From the NCBI GenBank assembly GCA_046598345.1, contig JBKJIT010000003.1, positions 156,549 through 220,548 on the forward strand: a stretch of DNA of 64,000 nt, written 5' to 3'. Below the pieces are notes generated by a model. That model had not been told where the DNA came from and searched no databases. It saw nothing but the letters and a program-made list of their open reading frames with translations. Source of the stretch: Minisyncoccia bacterium (GTDB taxonomy: Bacteria > Patescibacteriota > Minisyncoccia > Phycocordibacterales > UBA918). Position 1 is the stretch's first letter. The number at the start of each line of letters is the position of its first letter. This document shows positions 9,770 to 19,755 of the stretch, piece by piece. The position numbers and the translations under genes were made by a program.

Positions 9770-9890
9770 GGAGAGTTGGCTGAGTGGATCAAATTGTATG
9801 GGACATAATTTGATCTGACTGAAAGGAAGTGGACGAACTTGTTCGACCACGTAAAGCCACCTTGAAATGAACAATGGAGAGTTGGCTGAG
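9770..9890 (+). repeat. two extra copies of the first 15-18 nt of tRNA-Ser (GGAGAGTTGGCTGAG...), at 9770-9787 and 9876-9890
   Basis: the string (AT)GGAGAGTTGGCTGAG occurs three times at 9768, 9874 and 9991; only the third continues into a complete tRNA; copy 2 is followed by tRNA-like hairpins and ends ...GCGGTCTCC, so it may be a pseudo-tRNA. Confidence 0.55.
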
Positions 9891-9992
9891 CTGCGTGAAG
9901 AAGAAACTGCTTTCTTCTGAACCGGTACTTGTACCGGACCACTCAGTCAACAAGCCGCGCAAGCGGTCTCCATATGAACGAAGTGAATATAT

Positions 9993-10078
9993 GGAGAGTT
10001 GGCTGAGTGGTCGAAAGCACCTCACTGCTAACGAGGCAGGGTCAAAAGCCCTCGCGAGTTCGAATCTCGCACTCTCCG
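9993..10078 (+). tRNA. tRNA-Ser(GCU), type II with long variable arm
   Basis: acceptor GGAGAGT/ACTCTCC, D-arm GCT...AGC, anticodon loop CTGCTAA, variable arm CAGGGTCAAAAGCCCTCG, T-arm GCGAG-TTCGAAT-CTCGC, discriminator G; A31xC39 mismatch noted. Confidence 0.8.
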
Positions 10079-10111
10079 CCCAAGAAACCAGTTATCGGCA
10101 TAAACCGACAC

Positions 10112-10558
10112 ATGGAAATAAAAATTGAGAAAGGATATATATCAATAGTCTCGCCAAAACTCACGTGGGTGTGTGGGCTTTGGGGTGGTGCACCGAAACT
10201 TGCCCGAGCTGCTGCGTTCTTTCCTTTTATCATTTTTCGCGCGGAAGGAGAAAAAGTGCCGTGGGTCATTAATCACGAACGTATTCACTTTCGCCAGCAA
10301 CTTGAAACAGCCTTTGTGGGTTTGATTATGTGGTCCATCATTGAAACCTTGTATGCACTAATTGTATTAAGGAAAAGTCTTAAAGAGGCATACCTGTGGC
10401 GTTCATCGGAACAGGAGGCGTATCGAAATCAGCAAGATTTTCAGTATCTTGATAACCGACATGTATGGGCACAGTTCAAGTATGTTAAAGACAAGAGAGT
10501 ATTTAACTTAGGAAATCCAGGAGAGATTATTTTCACCGACGACCCAGATACCCTCTGA
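10112..10558 (+). CDS. hypothetical protein with HExxH motif (HERIH), possibly a small metal-dependent hydrolase
   Basis: the track ORF from 10007 overlaps the tRNA; the first ATG after the tRNA (10112) is chosen. Confidence 0.5.
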   Translation: MEIKIEKGYISIVSPKLTWVCGLWGGAPKLARAAAFFPFIIFRAEGEKVPWVINHERIHFRQQLETAFVGLIMWSIIETLYALIVLRKSLKEAYLWRSSEQEAYRNQQDFQYLDNRHVWAQFKYVKDKRVFNLGNPGEIIFTDDPDTL

Positions 10559-10653
10559 GTGGCTAGGTAAGTGGGACGACTCCTATACTTTTCGGAACCA
10601 TGAAATAAAAAATCGCCCCTCACTTTCTGAGGGGCGATTCGCGGAATCGGTGT

Positions 10654-11163
10654 TCAGACGACTTTTCCCAAATCGTTCGGGTCAGACAGATCCCCAACAA
10701 TGACCACTCTGCCTTCGCTTCCGACAGACATGAGCATTTCAATAGGTGACGGCACGCGAGCTACTGTACCGGGTGGCATCCAAAATCCCTGACGGTCAGC
10801 CCCTGTCTCAGCGCAGTTCCAGCCGAGACATCCAACAAGACATCGATCATCCTTGCTATACCGCACGGCATACTCAGGAACCTCGAAGGGTTCCTGTGGA
10901 GTGTAGAGCGTGACCGGGTCACCGACATGGATCGAGTTTTCGCACCATGCGCATCTGATCGACATTTTGGCGATGCAATCGAAGCAGTAGTCTGGCATGC
11001 CGTTCTCGGAGAGCGGCATGGACACCGTACGGCTTTGGCCGTGTGAGGTAATTTTGCCGGCCTTCTTGGTATTGTGTCCACAAACATTGGCGGTATACGT
11101 CTTGCGGAATGGATGTGAGAGGGCGAGCCAAAGGACTCGCAGACAATACACTATTTTATGCAT
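10654..11163 (-). CDS. Cys-rich hypothetical protein (CxxC pairs)
   Basis: ORF with CFDC...CAWC...C..C motifs; no family recognised. Confidence 0.4.
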   Translation of the reverse strand: MHKIVYCLRVLWLALSHPFRKTYTANVCGHNTKKAGKITSHGQSRTVSMPLSENGMPDYCFDCIAKMSIRCAWCENSIHVGDPVTLYTPQEPFEVPEYAVRYSKDDRCLVGCLGWNCAETGADRQGFWMPPGTVARVPSPIEMLMSVGSEGRVVIVGDLSDPNDLGKVV

Positions 11164-11322
11164 AATGAACTCCTTTTTGGTTGAGGTTTCTCTGGTCGCG
11201 ATACTACTTGATATTCCACAATAAGTCTATGATTTGAGAAAATAGTTGTCCGGTGAGTTTCACGCTTGACTTTATTTAGATGTGACGTATTGTTTATTTC
11301 CGTTCTTTTTTGAAGGTTACTC

Positions 11323-11943
11323 ATGGGACATCGAGATTTGGTCGTATTAAATAAAGAGGGGTGGCGAAAGACGCTCGTGGAAACCCTTAAAAATCTTGAG
11401 GATCCACAGGGTGATTGTGCAACAATTCCTCTTTTAACGGTGATCGAAGGGATGATCGACCTGCGACATGTTGAGTTAAAAGACGACATACTCGCACTTA
11501 AGAAGAGGTCTCTCACTGACTCGGAACTTCATTTTCTGGCCTATCTGGAGGAAGCCCTCCAAATTGAGAGACGTCCCGGGTTTCGTTTTACCGCGATCTT
11601 TAGTGAGAAATATTGCGGTAATAAAGTAAGTATTACCCTGTACACAGACTCACAAAAAAAACCAGTTAAGGTAGCGCATCTGCGGTGGCATGAAGAGGAT
11701 CCTTGGAAAATTCTTGAAAGGTTTTTCCACAGGTGGGTTTTGCGGGGAAATTTTTCTGCTGTGGAAGATCCGGGCCTCTTGGCAGTATTAGAACGTATGC
11801 GCCATGAAAGGCGTATACGTAGGCGGTATCGCAAAGGTTGTTACTACTTCCTACGCAGTCCCTCTCCAGAGTATTTCATTGTCGATCGAAAAGTTCATGG
11901 GATACTCACCATGGACTATCATGACCTTGAAGAAACGTCTTGA
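11323..11943 (+). CDS. hypothetical protein (206 aa)
   Basis: clean ORF preceded by a TTGACT-N17-TATTGT promoter-like sequence; no motif recognised. Confidence 0.45.
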   Translation: MGHRDLVVLNKEGWRKTLVETLKNLEDPQGDCATIPLLTVIEGMIDLRHVELKDDILALKKRSLTDSELHFLAYLEEALQIERRPGFRFTAIFSEKYCGNKVSITLYTDSQKKPVKVAHLRWHEEDPWKILERFFHRWVLRGNFSAVEDPGLLAVLERMRHERRIRRRYRKGCYYFLRSPSPEYFIVDRKVHGILTMDYHDLEETS

Positions 11944-12067
11944 GACTGTTGTTCCACCATAACAAATCGTAGTTCAGCTCTAACCGGAAGACAGTTTCAG
12001 TCTTCATTGTTGGAGCTGTTTTTCGTTTATAATTCTGACAAACCTAGTAGTTGATATTGTAAGTTAA

Positions 12068-12805
12068 TTACTTACGTAAAATAACATTTGGCGTTGCACC
12101 ATATGGGTCGGGCCAGAATTCAAGGGATGACCATAGGGTTCCCTGTACGAGTTCACGAATTGTATCGTTATGATCCATGTCTGCTTCCATATAGAGTGTG
12201 CCGCCTTCCTTGAGAAGTGGCCACGCATGTTCAATCAGAAATCGGTGGAACGCATGCCCCTCTTCGTCTGCAAAAAAAGCGAGGTGTGGTTCGAAGTCGA
12301 TCATTTCACGATCCAGGTCGGGGAGTGCTGAGTAGGGAACATACGGTGGAACGGCGAAGATGGCATCATATGTCCCATTGAGACCGTCTAAGCCACTTGC
12401 CGAAAACACTCGCGTACGATTTTTGTCTATATGATTAAGATCAATATTTTTTTCAATCTGTGGTTTGAGGTTTGGGTCAAGTTCAGAAAAATCAACGCTC
12501 GAATTTGGAAGATGCGTGAGGATTGCAACACCCACATTTCCCGCACCCGAGAAGGTGTCGGCAATACGAAGTGTGCCTGATTTTTCCTTGAGCTCACTGA
12601 TTGCTCGTTCAACCCAGAATGCCGTCTCGGGCCGTGGAATCATAGGACGGAGCGAAAGGTCGATGTGTGCGCCAAGAAAAATTGTGTGCCCCAGCACGTA
12701 TTCATAGGGCTCACCGTTTTTTAAACGTTCAATGTCATGTAAATACGCGGGAGAGGATACTCCCGCGTATTTTTCTCGCTTTAGTTTGGCAATTTGTGCA
12801 TCCAT
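12068..12805 (-). CDS. prmC: release factor glutamine N5-methyltransferase PrmC/HemK
   Basis: YVLGHTIFLG...L.RP.IPRPET N-terminal region, SAM-binding D.F.GAG, and the VPPY variant of the NPPY motif. Confidence 0.8.
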   Translation of the reverse strand: MDAQIAKLKREKYAGVSSPAYLHDIERLKNGEPYEYVLGHTIFLGAHIDLSLRPMIPRPETAFWVERAISELKEKSGTLRIADTFSGAGNVGVAILTHLPNSSVDFSELDPNLKPQIEKNIDLNHIDKNRTRVFSASGLDGLNGTYDAIFAVPPYVPYSALPDLDREMIDFEPHLAFFADEEGHAFHRFLIEHAWPLLKEGGTLYMEADMDHNDTIRELVQGTLWSSLEFWPDPYGATPNVILRK

Positions 12806-12981
12806 ACAAGTCGCTAAAAAGTAACAGATTCAAGGCGACAAGTCACGGGAGAAATAAGTCCAAACCCATTTTAAAATGTAATATGCGCGGCGAGGAAGAG
12901 TAAAAACGCGAGACATATGGGTATATGATGAGCGTTTGAACGATGAACTCAACAAAGCAGATTACGATTTAAAATGGGTTT

Positions 12982-13587
12982 TTAGTGGGCAAACGCTAGG
13001 CAAGTGACGGAAGTGGGGTAGTGCGGCAAAAGCGCAGCTTTTGCCGCACGCATCGTTGCTCCGGTCGTTATGACATCATCGACAAGTAAAATGTCCCGAC
13101 CGTGTACCCGCTCGGGTGCTACAACCGTGAAGGCATTCGCAATATTTTGTTCCCGAGCTTCTTTTCTGAGGGATGTTTGCGGCAGGGTTTCCTTCGTGCG
13201 CGTGAGAATCCGTTCGTCTACAGTACCTCCGCCACTCACCACTGTCCTCAGTACTTCCGAAACCTGATTGTACCCCCGTTCCCGCTCTCGTGTTTTTGAG
13301 AGTGGAACAGGAATAATGATGTACGTCAGAGCGAATTCTGAGCTCTCTATGTAGTGAGTAAACAAAAACCCGAGGAGTTTCTGCGCGCGCTCGTTGCCAT
13401 GAAACTTTGCTTCATGAATCAGTGCGCGTACGCGTGCATCACTAAAATGCGCGAGCGCGAGGATGTCATGCGCACTCCTTAGTTGGTAGAGATCGTGCAT
13501 ATTTGATTCGCGTAAACCCCTCACCAACATCGCCTCTTCGGTAGGAGGGAAGAGAATATCAAAAAAAAGTGAAACGTAATTACGCAT
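12982..13587 (-). CDS. comFC: ComFC-type phosphoribosyltransferase-domain protein
   Basis: ERGYNQ motif and DDVITTGATM PRTase signature typical of ComF/ComFC. Confidence 0.75.
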   Translation of the reverse strand: MRNYVSLFFDILFPPTEEAMLVRGLRESNMHDLYQLRSAHDILALAHFSDARVRALIHEAKFHGNERAQKLLGFLFTHYIESSEFALTYIIIPVPLSKTRERERGYNQVSEVLRTVVSGGGTVDERILTRTKETLPQTSLRKEAREQNIANAFTVVAPERVHGRDILLVDDVITTGATMRAAKAALLPHYPTSVTCLAFAH

Positions 13588-13632
13588 GTAGAAAAGTCAC
13601 GTGATGATCCATGATAGAATATTTTTATCAAT

Positions 13633-14724
13633 ATGGCATTTGACCTGTCCAAAGTAACCTCGTTTTTTGAGAAAAAAATAACAACATCCAGTAAAAAGAT
13701 GGTGGTGGGCATTGATATTGGCTCCTCTGCAATAAAAATAGTACAGCTCTACGACAATAAGGGCACACCTACGCTTGAAACCTACGGTGAATTGCAGCTT
13801 GGTCCGTATGAAAATTCAGATATTGGACGCACGACACATCTCCATGAGGAGAAACTGAGGGAAGCGTTTGTAGACATTCTTCGTGAGTCATCAGTTACCG
13901 CAAAAAAAGTAGCACTTGCGATTTCCTACAGTGGAAGTTTCTCCTCGATTATTCCTGTACCGACGAGTGATATTGCGAGTATCGCTGCTATGATTCCTGT
14001 GGAAGCGCGCAAGTATGTGCCCGTACCACTTGCTGAAGTAACGCTCGATTGGTTCCCGGTATCAAGTCGATCGGACGGTACTGGGACGAATGTGCTCCTC
14101 GTTGCTATTCACAATGGCGTACTCAAGAAGTACGAAACCATGGTTCGCACGTTGAATTTGGAATCTACACTTACTGAAATTGAAATGTTTAGTACGATTC
14201 GTTCAGCAGTGAGTCAAAAAGATACCTCAGTTGCAGTTATCGATATCGGTGCCGGTTCAACAAAGGTGTATATCGCAGAACAGGGAGTGGTGGCAAAGAC
14301 GCATAGTCTCCTCATGAGCGGTGTGCTCTGTACGAAGGCAATTGCGGACGCAGCAAGAATTCCCTTTAAAGAGGCTGAAGAACTCAAACGACGTTATGGA
14401 CTCAGTGAAATAACTGAATATCCGCTCGCAGGGAAGGCACTCCTTGATGTTGTGGAGAGAGGGTTTAGAGAAATTGCGAAAGTGATTGAGCGTTTTGAAG
14501 AGAGTGGGGGAACGAAGGTGGAGAAAATTGTACTCGCGGGGAGTGGAGCTCTGCTTCAAGGGATTCCCTCATTCGGAGAACAACTTTTCTCGCGCACAGT
14601 TTCGCTCGCTGATCCCTTTTCGAAGGTGGCGTATCCTGCCTTTCTCGAAGACACACTCAAAGAAGCGGGTCCATCATTTGCAGTGTCGGTTGGAGTGGCG
14701 ATTCGCGCACTCGGGAGTTTGTAG
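13633..14724 (+). CDS. pilM: type IV pilus assembly protein PilM (actin-like ATPase)
   Basis: VVGIDIGSSAIKIVQL N-terminal motif, about 360 aa, first gene of a pilMNO block. Confidence 0.85.
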   Translation: MAFDLSKVTSFFEKKITTSSKKMVVGIDIGSSAIKIVQLYDNKGTPTLETYGELQLGPYENSDIGRTTHLHEEKLREAFVDILRESSVTAKKVALAISYSGSFSSIIPVPTSDIASIAAMIPVEARKYVPVPLAEVTLDWFPVSSRSDGTGTNVLLVAIHNGVLKKYETMVRTLNLESTLTEIEMFSTIRSAVSQKDTSVAVIDIGAGSTKVYIAEQGVVAKTHSLLMSGVLCTKAIADAARIPFKEAEELKRRYGLSEITEYPLAGKALLDVVERGFREIAKVIERFEESGGTKVEKIVLAGSGALLQGIPSFGEQLFSRTVSLADPFSKVAYPAFLEDTLKEAGPSFAVSVGVAIRALGSL

Positions 14725-14835
14725 ACCGAGCGAACCATTTTTAAATGGGCAGAACGCAGCAAGTGTATGGTTCTTTTCTCTCCAATGTCCACAGCACCGT
14801 GACCGTATTGTTTTCTCTCCTAACGTATACTGTAA

Positions 14836-15531
14836 ATGATGGCAGAAATTCCACGTTCTTCTTTCATACCAAAACAACCAGGTTCGGTTGTTCCTGCCGC
14901 GATGCAGCGTCGACGGCGTTTTCATGTTTTTGGTTTTATTGCGACCGTCATTCTTGTCGGCTCCTTACTTTTTGCTGGAGGAGCATATTTTTACAAAGGG
15001 GTTTCTGAACAGCGGCTCATAAAAGCGCAGGAAAACTTAAAAGCTGAAAAGGATAAGTTTGATATTGCAAAGTTAAATGAGATCCGTGACTTCAATCGTC
15101 AGATTCTTGCAGTACGATTTCTGCTTGATCAGCATATTGCCCCGTCGAAGATCTTTGACGTGCTCGAACTCAATACGATGGAGCGGCTTCAATTTACCTC
15201 ACTTCACCTCACGTACGATCCTTCGCGCGAGATATTGATGGATGTGCAGGGGAGTACTGAAGAATTTAAGACGGTCGCACTTCAGGGTCTCAGTTTTGGA
15301 AAGGTGCCCCTTCTTAGAGATTCGATAATCTCTGAGCTCGGCACTTCAAATACAGCCGAATCGGAAACAGGCGAAGATGACCAACAGGTTACGTTTAACG
15401 TGAAGAGTGTGCTCAGCATAGATGGTCTGGCGTATACAGCTGCTCCACGTACTGAAGCACTCCCATCTGGGGACAGGGCGACTACTTCTCTGGAGGGCGC
15501 GGCGTCACCGAGTAATTCGGGTCAACAATAA
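14836..15531 (+). CDS. pilN: PilN-like pilus assembly protein
   Basis: single N-terminal TM segment then a coiled-coil region; assigned from position after pilM. Confidence 0.6.
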   Translation: MMAEIPRSSFIPKQPGSVVPAAMQRRRRFHVFGFIATVILVGSLLFAGGAYFYKGVSEQRLIKAQENLKAEKDKFDIAKLNEIRDFNRQILAVRFLLDQHIAPSKIFDVLELNTMERLQFTSLHLTYDPSREILMDVQGSTEEFKTVALQGLSFGKVPLLRDSIISELGTSNTAESETGEDDQQVTFNVKSVLSIDGLAYTAAPRTEALPSGDRATTSLEGAASPSNSGQQ

Positions 15532-15536
15532 CGAAT

Positions 15537-16106
15537 ATGTTTAGAACTATTACACCAATTTTTTCCATAATTCTCGCCATAGCGATCTATTTTCTTTTTA
15601 CAAGTGAAATTTTTGTAGGTATTAAGGCTACCCAGGTAGAAGCAGAGGGGCTTGAGGTGGCAGTGTTGGAAGTGAAAAAGTTCAATGACGAACTTGAGCG
15701 CCTCTTGGCCATCAAGCGTTCCATGAGTTCTGAGCGAGACCGCATTGAGGCGTTTGTGAGTACTGAAACAGACGAGGTGCGCATGCTCGTTGATCTTGAG
15801 GCTATGGCTAAGAGACATAATATGCTCCTTGGAAATATTAGCGTTACAAAAGCAACGGCCGAAACAGCGGCACCTACTGACGTGACGGCGATGTCGAGTG
15901 GGATTGGTCTCTCAGATTTTATGAGCACGGACATCTCATTTGGTCTCATTGGTACCTATGAAGACTTCCGCGCAATTCTTGCAGAACTTGAGAGAAGCCT
16001 CGTCCTTATGGAAATCATTGATATCTCTCATACGGCGAACGAGGGAGACTTACAGCAGTTTGATCTAACCGTTCGCGCGTATGCATTAAAATCAGTAGCC
16101 CAATAA
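15537..16106 (+). CDS. pilO: PilO-like pilus assembly protein
   Basis: N-terminal TM segment, coiled coil; assigned from position. Confidence 0.55.
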   Translation: MFRTITPIFSIILAIAIYFLFTSEIFVGIKATQVEAEGLEVAVLEVKKFNDELERLLAIKRSMSSERDRIEAFVSTETDEVRMLVDLEAMAKRHNMLLGNISVTKATAETAAPTDVTAMSSGIGLSDFMSTDISFGLIGTYEDFRAILAELERSLVLMEIIDISHTANEGDLQQFDLTVRAYALKSVAQ

Positions 16107-16109
16107 CGT

Positions 16110-16409
16110 ATGTCTAATCTTCTTAAAAATTTACTGTTTGCGCTCGGACTCTCCGTTTTGTTGTGGCTCGGGTACGTACTTTTTGTAAAGGATACTGATG
16201 AATTTGCAGATGGTGAAGCTGGAGTTGTCGTATCTCCAGAGGCCCAACTCGAAGCTCAAGAGTTCGTTGCTCGGCTCAATGAGCTCAAAGATATGGACAT
16301 TGATTCTGGTGTGACGAGCGAGGAGAAGTTTAAATCGCTCGAGGATTTTAGGGTGACGATTGAAGATGAACCAAAGGGGAGACGGAATCCATTTGCTCCG
16401 GTGGAATAG
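16110..16409 (+). CDS. small membrane-anchored protein (PilP-like by position)
   Basis: N-terminal TM segment LLFALGLSVLLWLGYVLFV; sits between pilO and pilB. Confidence 0.4.
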   Translation: MSNLLKNLLFALGLSVLLWLGYVLFVKDTDEFADGEAGVVVSPEAQLEAQEFVARLNELKDMDIDSGVTSEEKFKSLEDFRVTIEDEPKGRRNPFAPVE

Positions 16410-16430
16410 AGTACAAGCTCACATAAAGGT

Positions 16431-18290
16431 ATGAATCTTCTTGCACTTCTAGAAGAAAAGAATGTTATTGATGCTGAAAAATCAGCTGGAGCTCTTCAAT
16501 ATGCGAAGGAGCACGGGGTATCGTACGAACGGGCGCTCCTTGAAGATGGTGTTGATGACGAGGTTATCAGAAAGACCATTGGGGAATATTTTGAGCTTCC
16601 CTCGCGAGCAATCGATGAAAACGAGAAGATCGACCCTACGGTACTCAAGTATCTTTCCCTTGAGTCATCACGACATTACGGTATTGTGCCACTCGCTATC
16701 GAAGATGGGGTGCTCGAGGTAGGTATTATTGATCCTGAAAATCTCTCGTTTCGAGATGCGCTTAATTTTATAACGACTAAGGAGCAACTTCCGTACAAAC
16801 TTATTTATATACTCGAACAGGATTTTGAACATGCGCTCAAGTCCTATGAAAACCTCACGGGGGATGTGGATGCGGCACTCGGTGACCTTGAATCCGAACT
16901 TGATGAGCAAGATGTTGTAGAGCGAGCTGTGCACGAGGGCCTTAGTAAGCCGGGTATGGAGCACATCAAGGAAGATGCTCCTGTTACTAAAATTGTGGCG
17001 ACGATTCTTCGGTACGCGGTGGATGGAGGGGCATCTGATATCCACATCGAGCCAACCATGAAAAAGATTGTGGTGCGCTTTCGTGTCGACGGTATTCTCG
17101 CGCACAGTCTTGAGCTTCCACTGAAAGCACATTTAGCGGTTGTCGCACGCATTAAAATTTTGGCGTCACTTCGTCTTGATGAAAAGCGTAAGCCACAGGA
17201 CGGTCGTTTTTCAGCTTCGATTGATGGGAGACAGATAGACTTCCGTGTCTCTATTCTGCCGACGAGCCATGGAGAGAAGGTGGTTATGCGTATTCTCGAT
17301 ACTGAAACAGGTGTGCGCACCCTTGAGGACACAGGTGTATCGAAACACAATATCGACCTCATTCGTAAGGCGATTAAACAACCGTACGGCATCATTCTCA
17401 TTTCTGGACCAACGGGCTCGGGTAAATCAACGACGCTCTATGCGATGCTCTCTGAGGTAGACCGGGTAGGGAAGAACGTTATTTCGCTCGAGGATCCGGT
17501 GGAATATAGCATTGATGGGGTGAGTCAATCGCAGATGCGTCCTGAAATTGGGTATACATTCGCGAACGGTCTCCGCACCGCGCTTCGACAAGATCCGGAC
17601 GTGATCATGGTGGGAGAAATTCGTGATAAGGAAACGGCCCAACTGGCGATTCAGGCCGCACTGACGGGACACCTCGTGCTTTCAACGATTCACACCAACA
17701 ATGCAGCGGGAGTTATCCCACGCCTCATTGATATGGGTGTGGATCCATATCTCATCGCTCCTACGCTTCAGCTCGCGCTCGCACAACGCCTCGTGCGACG
17801 TATTTGTCCTAACTCAGGGAAGAAAATTCCAGTTCAAGGAAGTATGAAAATGATGATTGAGCACGAGTTTAACGAACTCTCCGGTGAGTTCCGAAAGTTG
17901 ATTCCTAACGCTGAGTACGTTCTCAATGCCGAACCAACCGCTGAGTGTGCGAGTGGCACGAAGGGACGTGTTGCGGTTATGGAGGCGATTGAAGTGAACG
18001 ACGATATCCAAAAACTTATCCTCAACGGCACGAACGAGGATGAGCTTACCAAGGCAGCACGAAAGAATGGATTTATGACGATGAAGGAAGATGCCATTAT
18101 AAAGGCGCTCGAACACTCGATTCCCTTTGAAGAAATTAATACCCTTGGTGGTGCACTTCTCATTTCGGACGAAGCTGAAAAGGAGGCGGAGGCACCCGTC
18201 TTGCCGACCGAAGGAGAGAAGCTTGAAGCTGAGGGTATTGAAGTCGCACCTTCGGAACCTGTCGATAACCAAGAGATTCCAAAGTTCTAG
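16431..18290 (+). CDS. pilB: type IV pilus assembly ATPase PilB (GspE family)
   Basis: GPTGSGKSTTLYAML Walker A, Asp box, His box, GSPII_E N-terminal domain; acidic C-terminal extension. Confidence 0.9.
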   Translation: MNLLALLEEKNVIDAEKSAGALQYAKEHGVSYERALLEDGVDDEVIRKTIGEYFELPSRAIDENEKIDPTVLKYLSLESSRHYGIVPLAIEDGVLEVGIIDPENLSFRDALNFITTKEQLPYKLIYILEQDFEHALKSYENLTGDVDAALGDLESELDEQDVVERAVHEGLSKPGMEHIKEDAPVTKIVATILRYAVDGGASDIHIEPTMKKIVVRFRVDGILAHSLELPLKAHLAVVARIKILASLRLDEKRKPQDGRFSASIDGRQIDFRVSILPTSHGEKVVMRILDTETGVRTLEDTGVSKHNIDLIRKAIKQPYGIILISGPTGSGKSTTLYAMLSEVDRVGKNVISLEDPVEYSIDGVSQSQMRPEIGYTFANGLRTALRQDPDVIMVGEIRDKETAQLAIQAALTGHLVLSTIHTNNAAGVIPRLIDMGVDPYLIAPTLQLALAQRLVRRICPNSGKKIPVQGSMKMMIEHEFNELSGEFRKLIPNAEYVLNAEPTAECASGTKGRVAVMEAIEVNDDIQKLILNGTNEDELTKAARKNGFMTMKEDAIIKALEHSIPFEEINTLGGALLISDEAEKEAEAPVLPTEGEKLEAEGIEVAPSEPVDNQEIPKF

Positions 18291-18308
18291 TAAGTATAAT
18301 AGCTATAT

Positions 18309-18674
18309 ATGAAAATTCTTCTCGTGGATGACGATGCTTTTTTACGCGATATGTATGCGACCAAATTTGGTGAAGAGGGCCATTCGGTATCGGTTGCAGA
18401 AAGTGGAGAACAGGCACTTGAAATGTTGAAGACAGAATCCTTTGAGACAGTACTTATGGATATGATTATGCCAGGAATGACGGGGGTTGAGCTTCTCAAG
18501 GCAATTCAAGGTGCATCGCTCTCGCCAATGCCGATCTGTATTGTCCTTTCCAATCAGGGAGAACAGGAGGATATGAAAGCAGCACTGGCAGCTGGCGCAA
18601 AAGGGTATATTATCAAAGCTGAGATGATCCCGAGTGAGGTCGTCGCTAAAGTTAAAAGTATAGTTGAGGGATAA
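18309..18674 (+). CDS. CheY-like response-regulator receiver domain protein
   Basis: MKILLVDDDAFLRDM...DMIMPGMTG with the conserved Asp positions; stand-alone REC between pilB and pilT. Confidence 0.8.
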   Translation: MKILLVDDDAFLRDMYATKFGEEGHSVSVAESGEQALEMLKTESFETVLMDMIMPGMTGVELLKAIQGASLSPMPICIVLSNQGEQEDMKAALAAGAKGYIIKAEMIPSEVVAKVKSIVEG

Positions 18675-18676
18675 TT

Positions 18677-19747
18677 ATGGCAACGGTTGACTACAAACGA
18701 GAGCTGGAAGATCTCATCGATATTGTTATTACTGAGAATGGCTCCGACATACACCTTTCTGTTGGCTCGCACCCAATCATTCGAGTTGCGGGTGTACTCA
18801 TTCCACTGACGAAGAAGCCAGTTCTTAATACCACCGATGTGCTTGGGTTCCTTCGGTCCCTCATCACAAAAGAATCAGAGGATAAATTTATAGCTTCGCA
18901 TGAGGTGGATTTCTCATTTGCTGCACAAAAGGGTGTACGTTTTCGTGGGAATGCTTTTTATCAGAAAGGAACAATCGCAATCGCACTTCGACACATTCCG
19001 AATAATGTCCGCACATTTCAGGAGCTCAACCTTCCTCCGATTCTTGAAAGTTTTACCCAGCGCCCCCAGGGATTCTTTCTCTGTGTGGGTCCCGTAGGTC
19101 AGGGTAAATCAACCACGCTCGCAGCCATGGTGGATTTGATTAACCAGACACGCGCCGAACACATTGTGACCATTGAAGATCCAATCGAGTATATTTTCGA
19201 ACCCAAAAAATCGCTCATTGATCAGCGCGAAATAGGGCTCGATACTAAAGATTTCTATACAGGGCTACACTCAGCGTTCCGTCAGGACGTCGACGTGATC
19301 ATGGTGGGAGAAATGCGTGGACATGAGACGATCAGCACCGCTGTTACTGCTGCGGAGACGGGTCATCTTGTTTTTTCAACGCTCCATACGAACAACGCAG
19401 CGCAAACAATCGATCGTATTATCGATACCTTCCCGGCAGAGCAGCAGGATCAGATCCGTACGCAGCTCTCAGGCTCACTCGCGGGCATTTTCTCACAGCG
19501 CCTCATCCCACGTATTTCAGGAGGACTCATCCCTACATACGAACTCCTCATCAATAACTCTGCAGTTTCAAACCTCATTCGTGAACGTCGTACCCATGAA
19601 ATTCAAACCGTCATCGAAACCGGACTTGAGCACGGTATGATTGATATGAACCGCTCTCTTGTGGAGCTCGTACAAAAAGGAGAAGTCACCGTTGAAAACG
19701 CATTCGCGTATTCCACAAATCCAAAAGGACTCGAACGACTTATGTAA
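18677..19747 (+). CDS. pilT: twitching-motility ATPase PilT
   Basis: GPVGQGKSTTLAAMVDLIN Walker A and PilT-type motifs, about 356 aa. Confidence 0.9.
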   Translation: MATVDYKRELEDLIDIVITENGSDIHLSVGSHPIIRVAGVLIPLTKKPVLNTTDVLGFLRSLITKESEDKFIASHEVDFSFAAQKGVRFRGNAFYQKGTIAIALRHIPNNVRTFQELNLPPILESFTQRPQGFFLCVGPVGQGKSTTLAAMVDLINQTRAEHIVTIEDPIEYIFEPKKSLIDQREIGLDTKDFYTGLHSAFRQDVDVIMVGEMRGHETISTAVTAAETGHLVFSTLHTNNAAQTIDRIIDTFPAEQQDQIRTQLSGSLAGIFSQRLIPRISGGLIPTYELLINNSAVSNLIRERRTHEIQTVIETGLEHGMIDMNRSLVELVQKGEVTVENAFAYSTNPKGLERLM

Positions 19748-19755
19748 TCTCATAT

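Noticed and set aside
9768-10005. Possible CRISPR array (a 22-nt repeat three times with roughly 100-nt spacing)
   Set aside because: The repeat is the 5' end of tRNA-Ser, there are only three copies, spacers are over 90 nt and structured, and no cas genes are present. It is treated as tRNA-fragment duplication.
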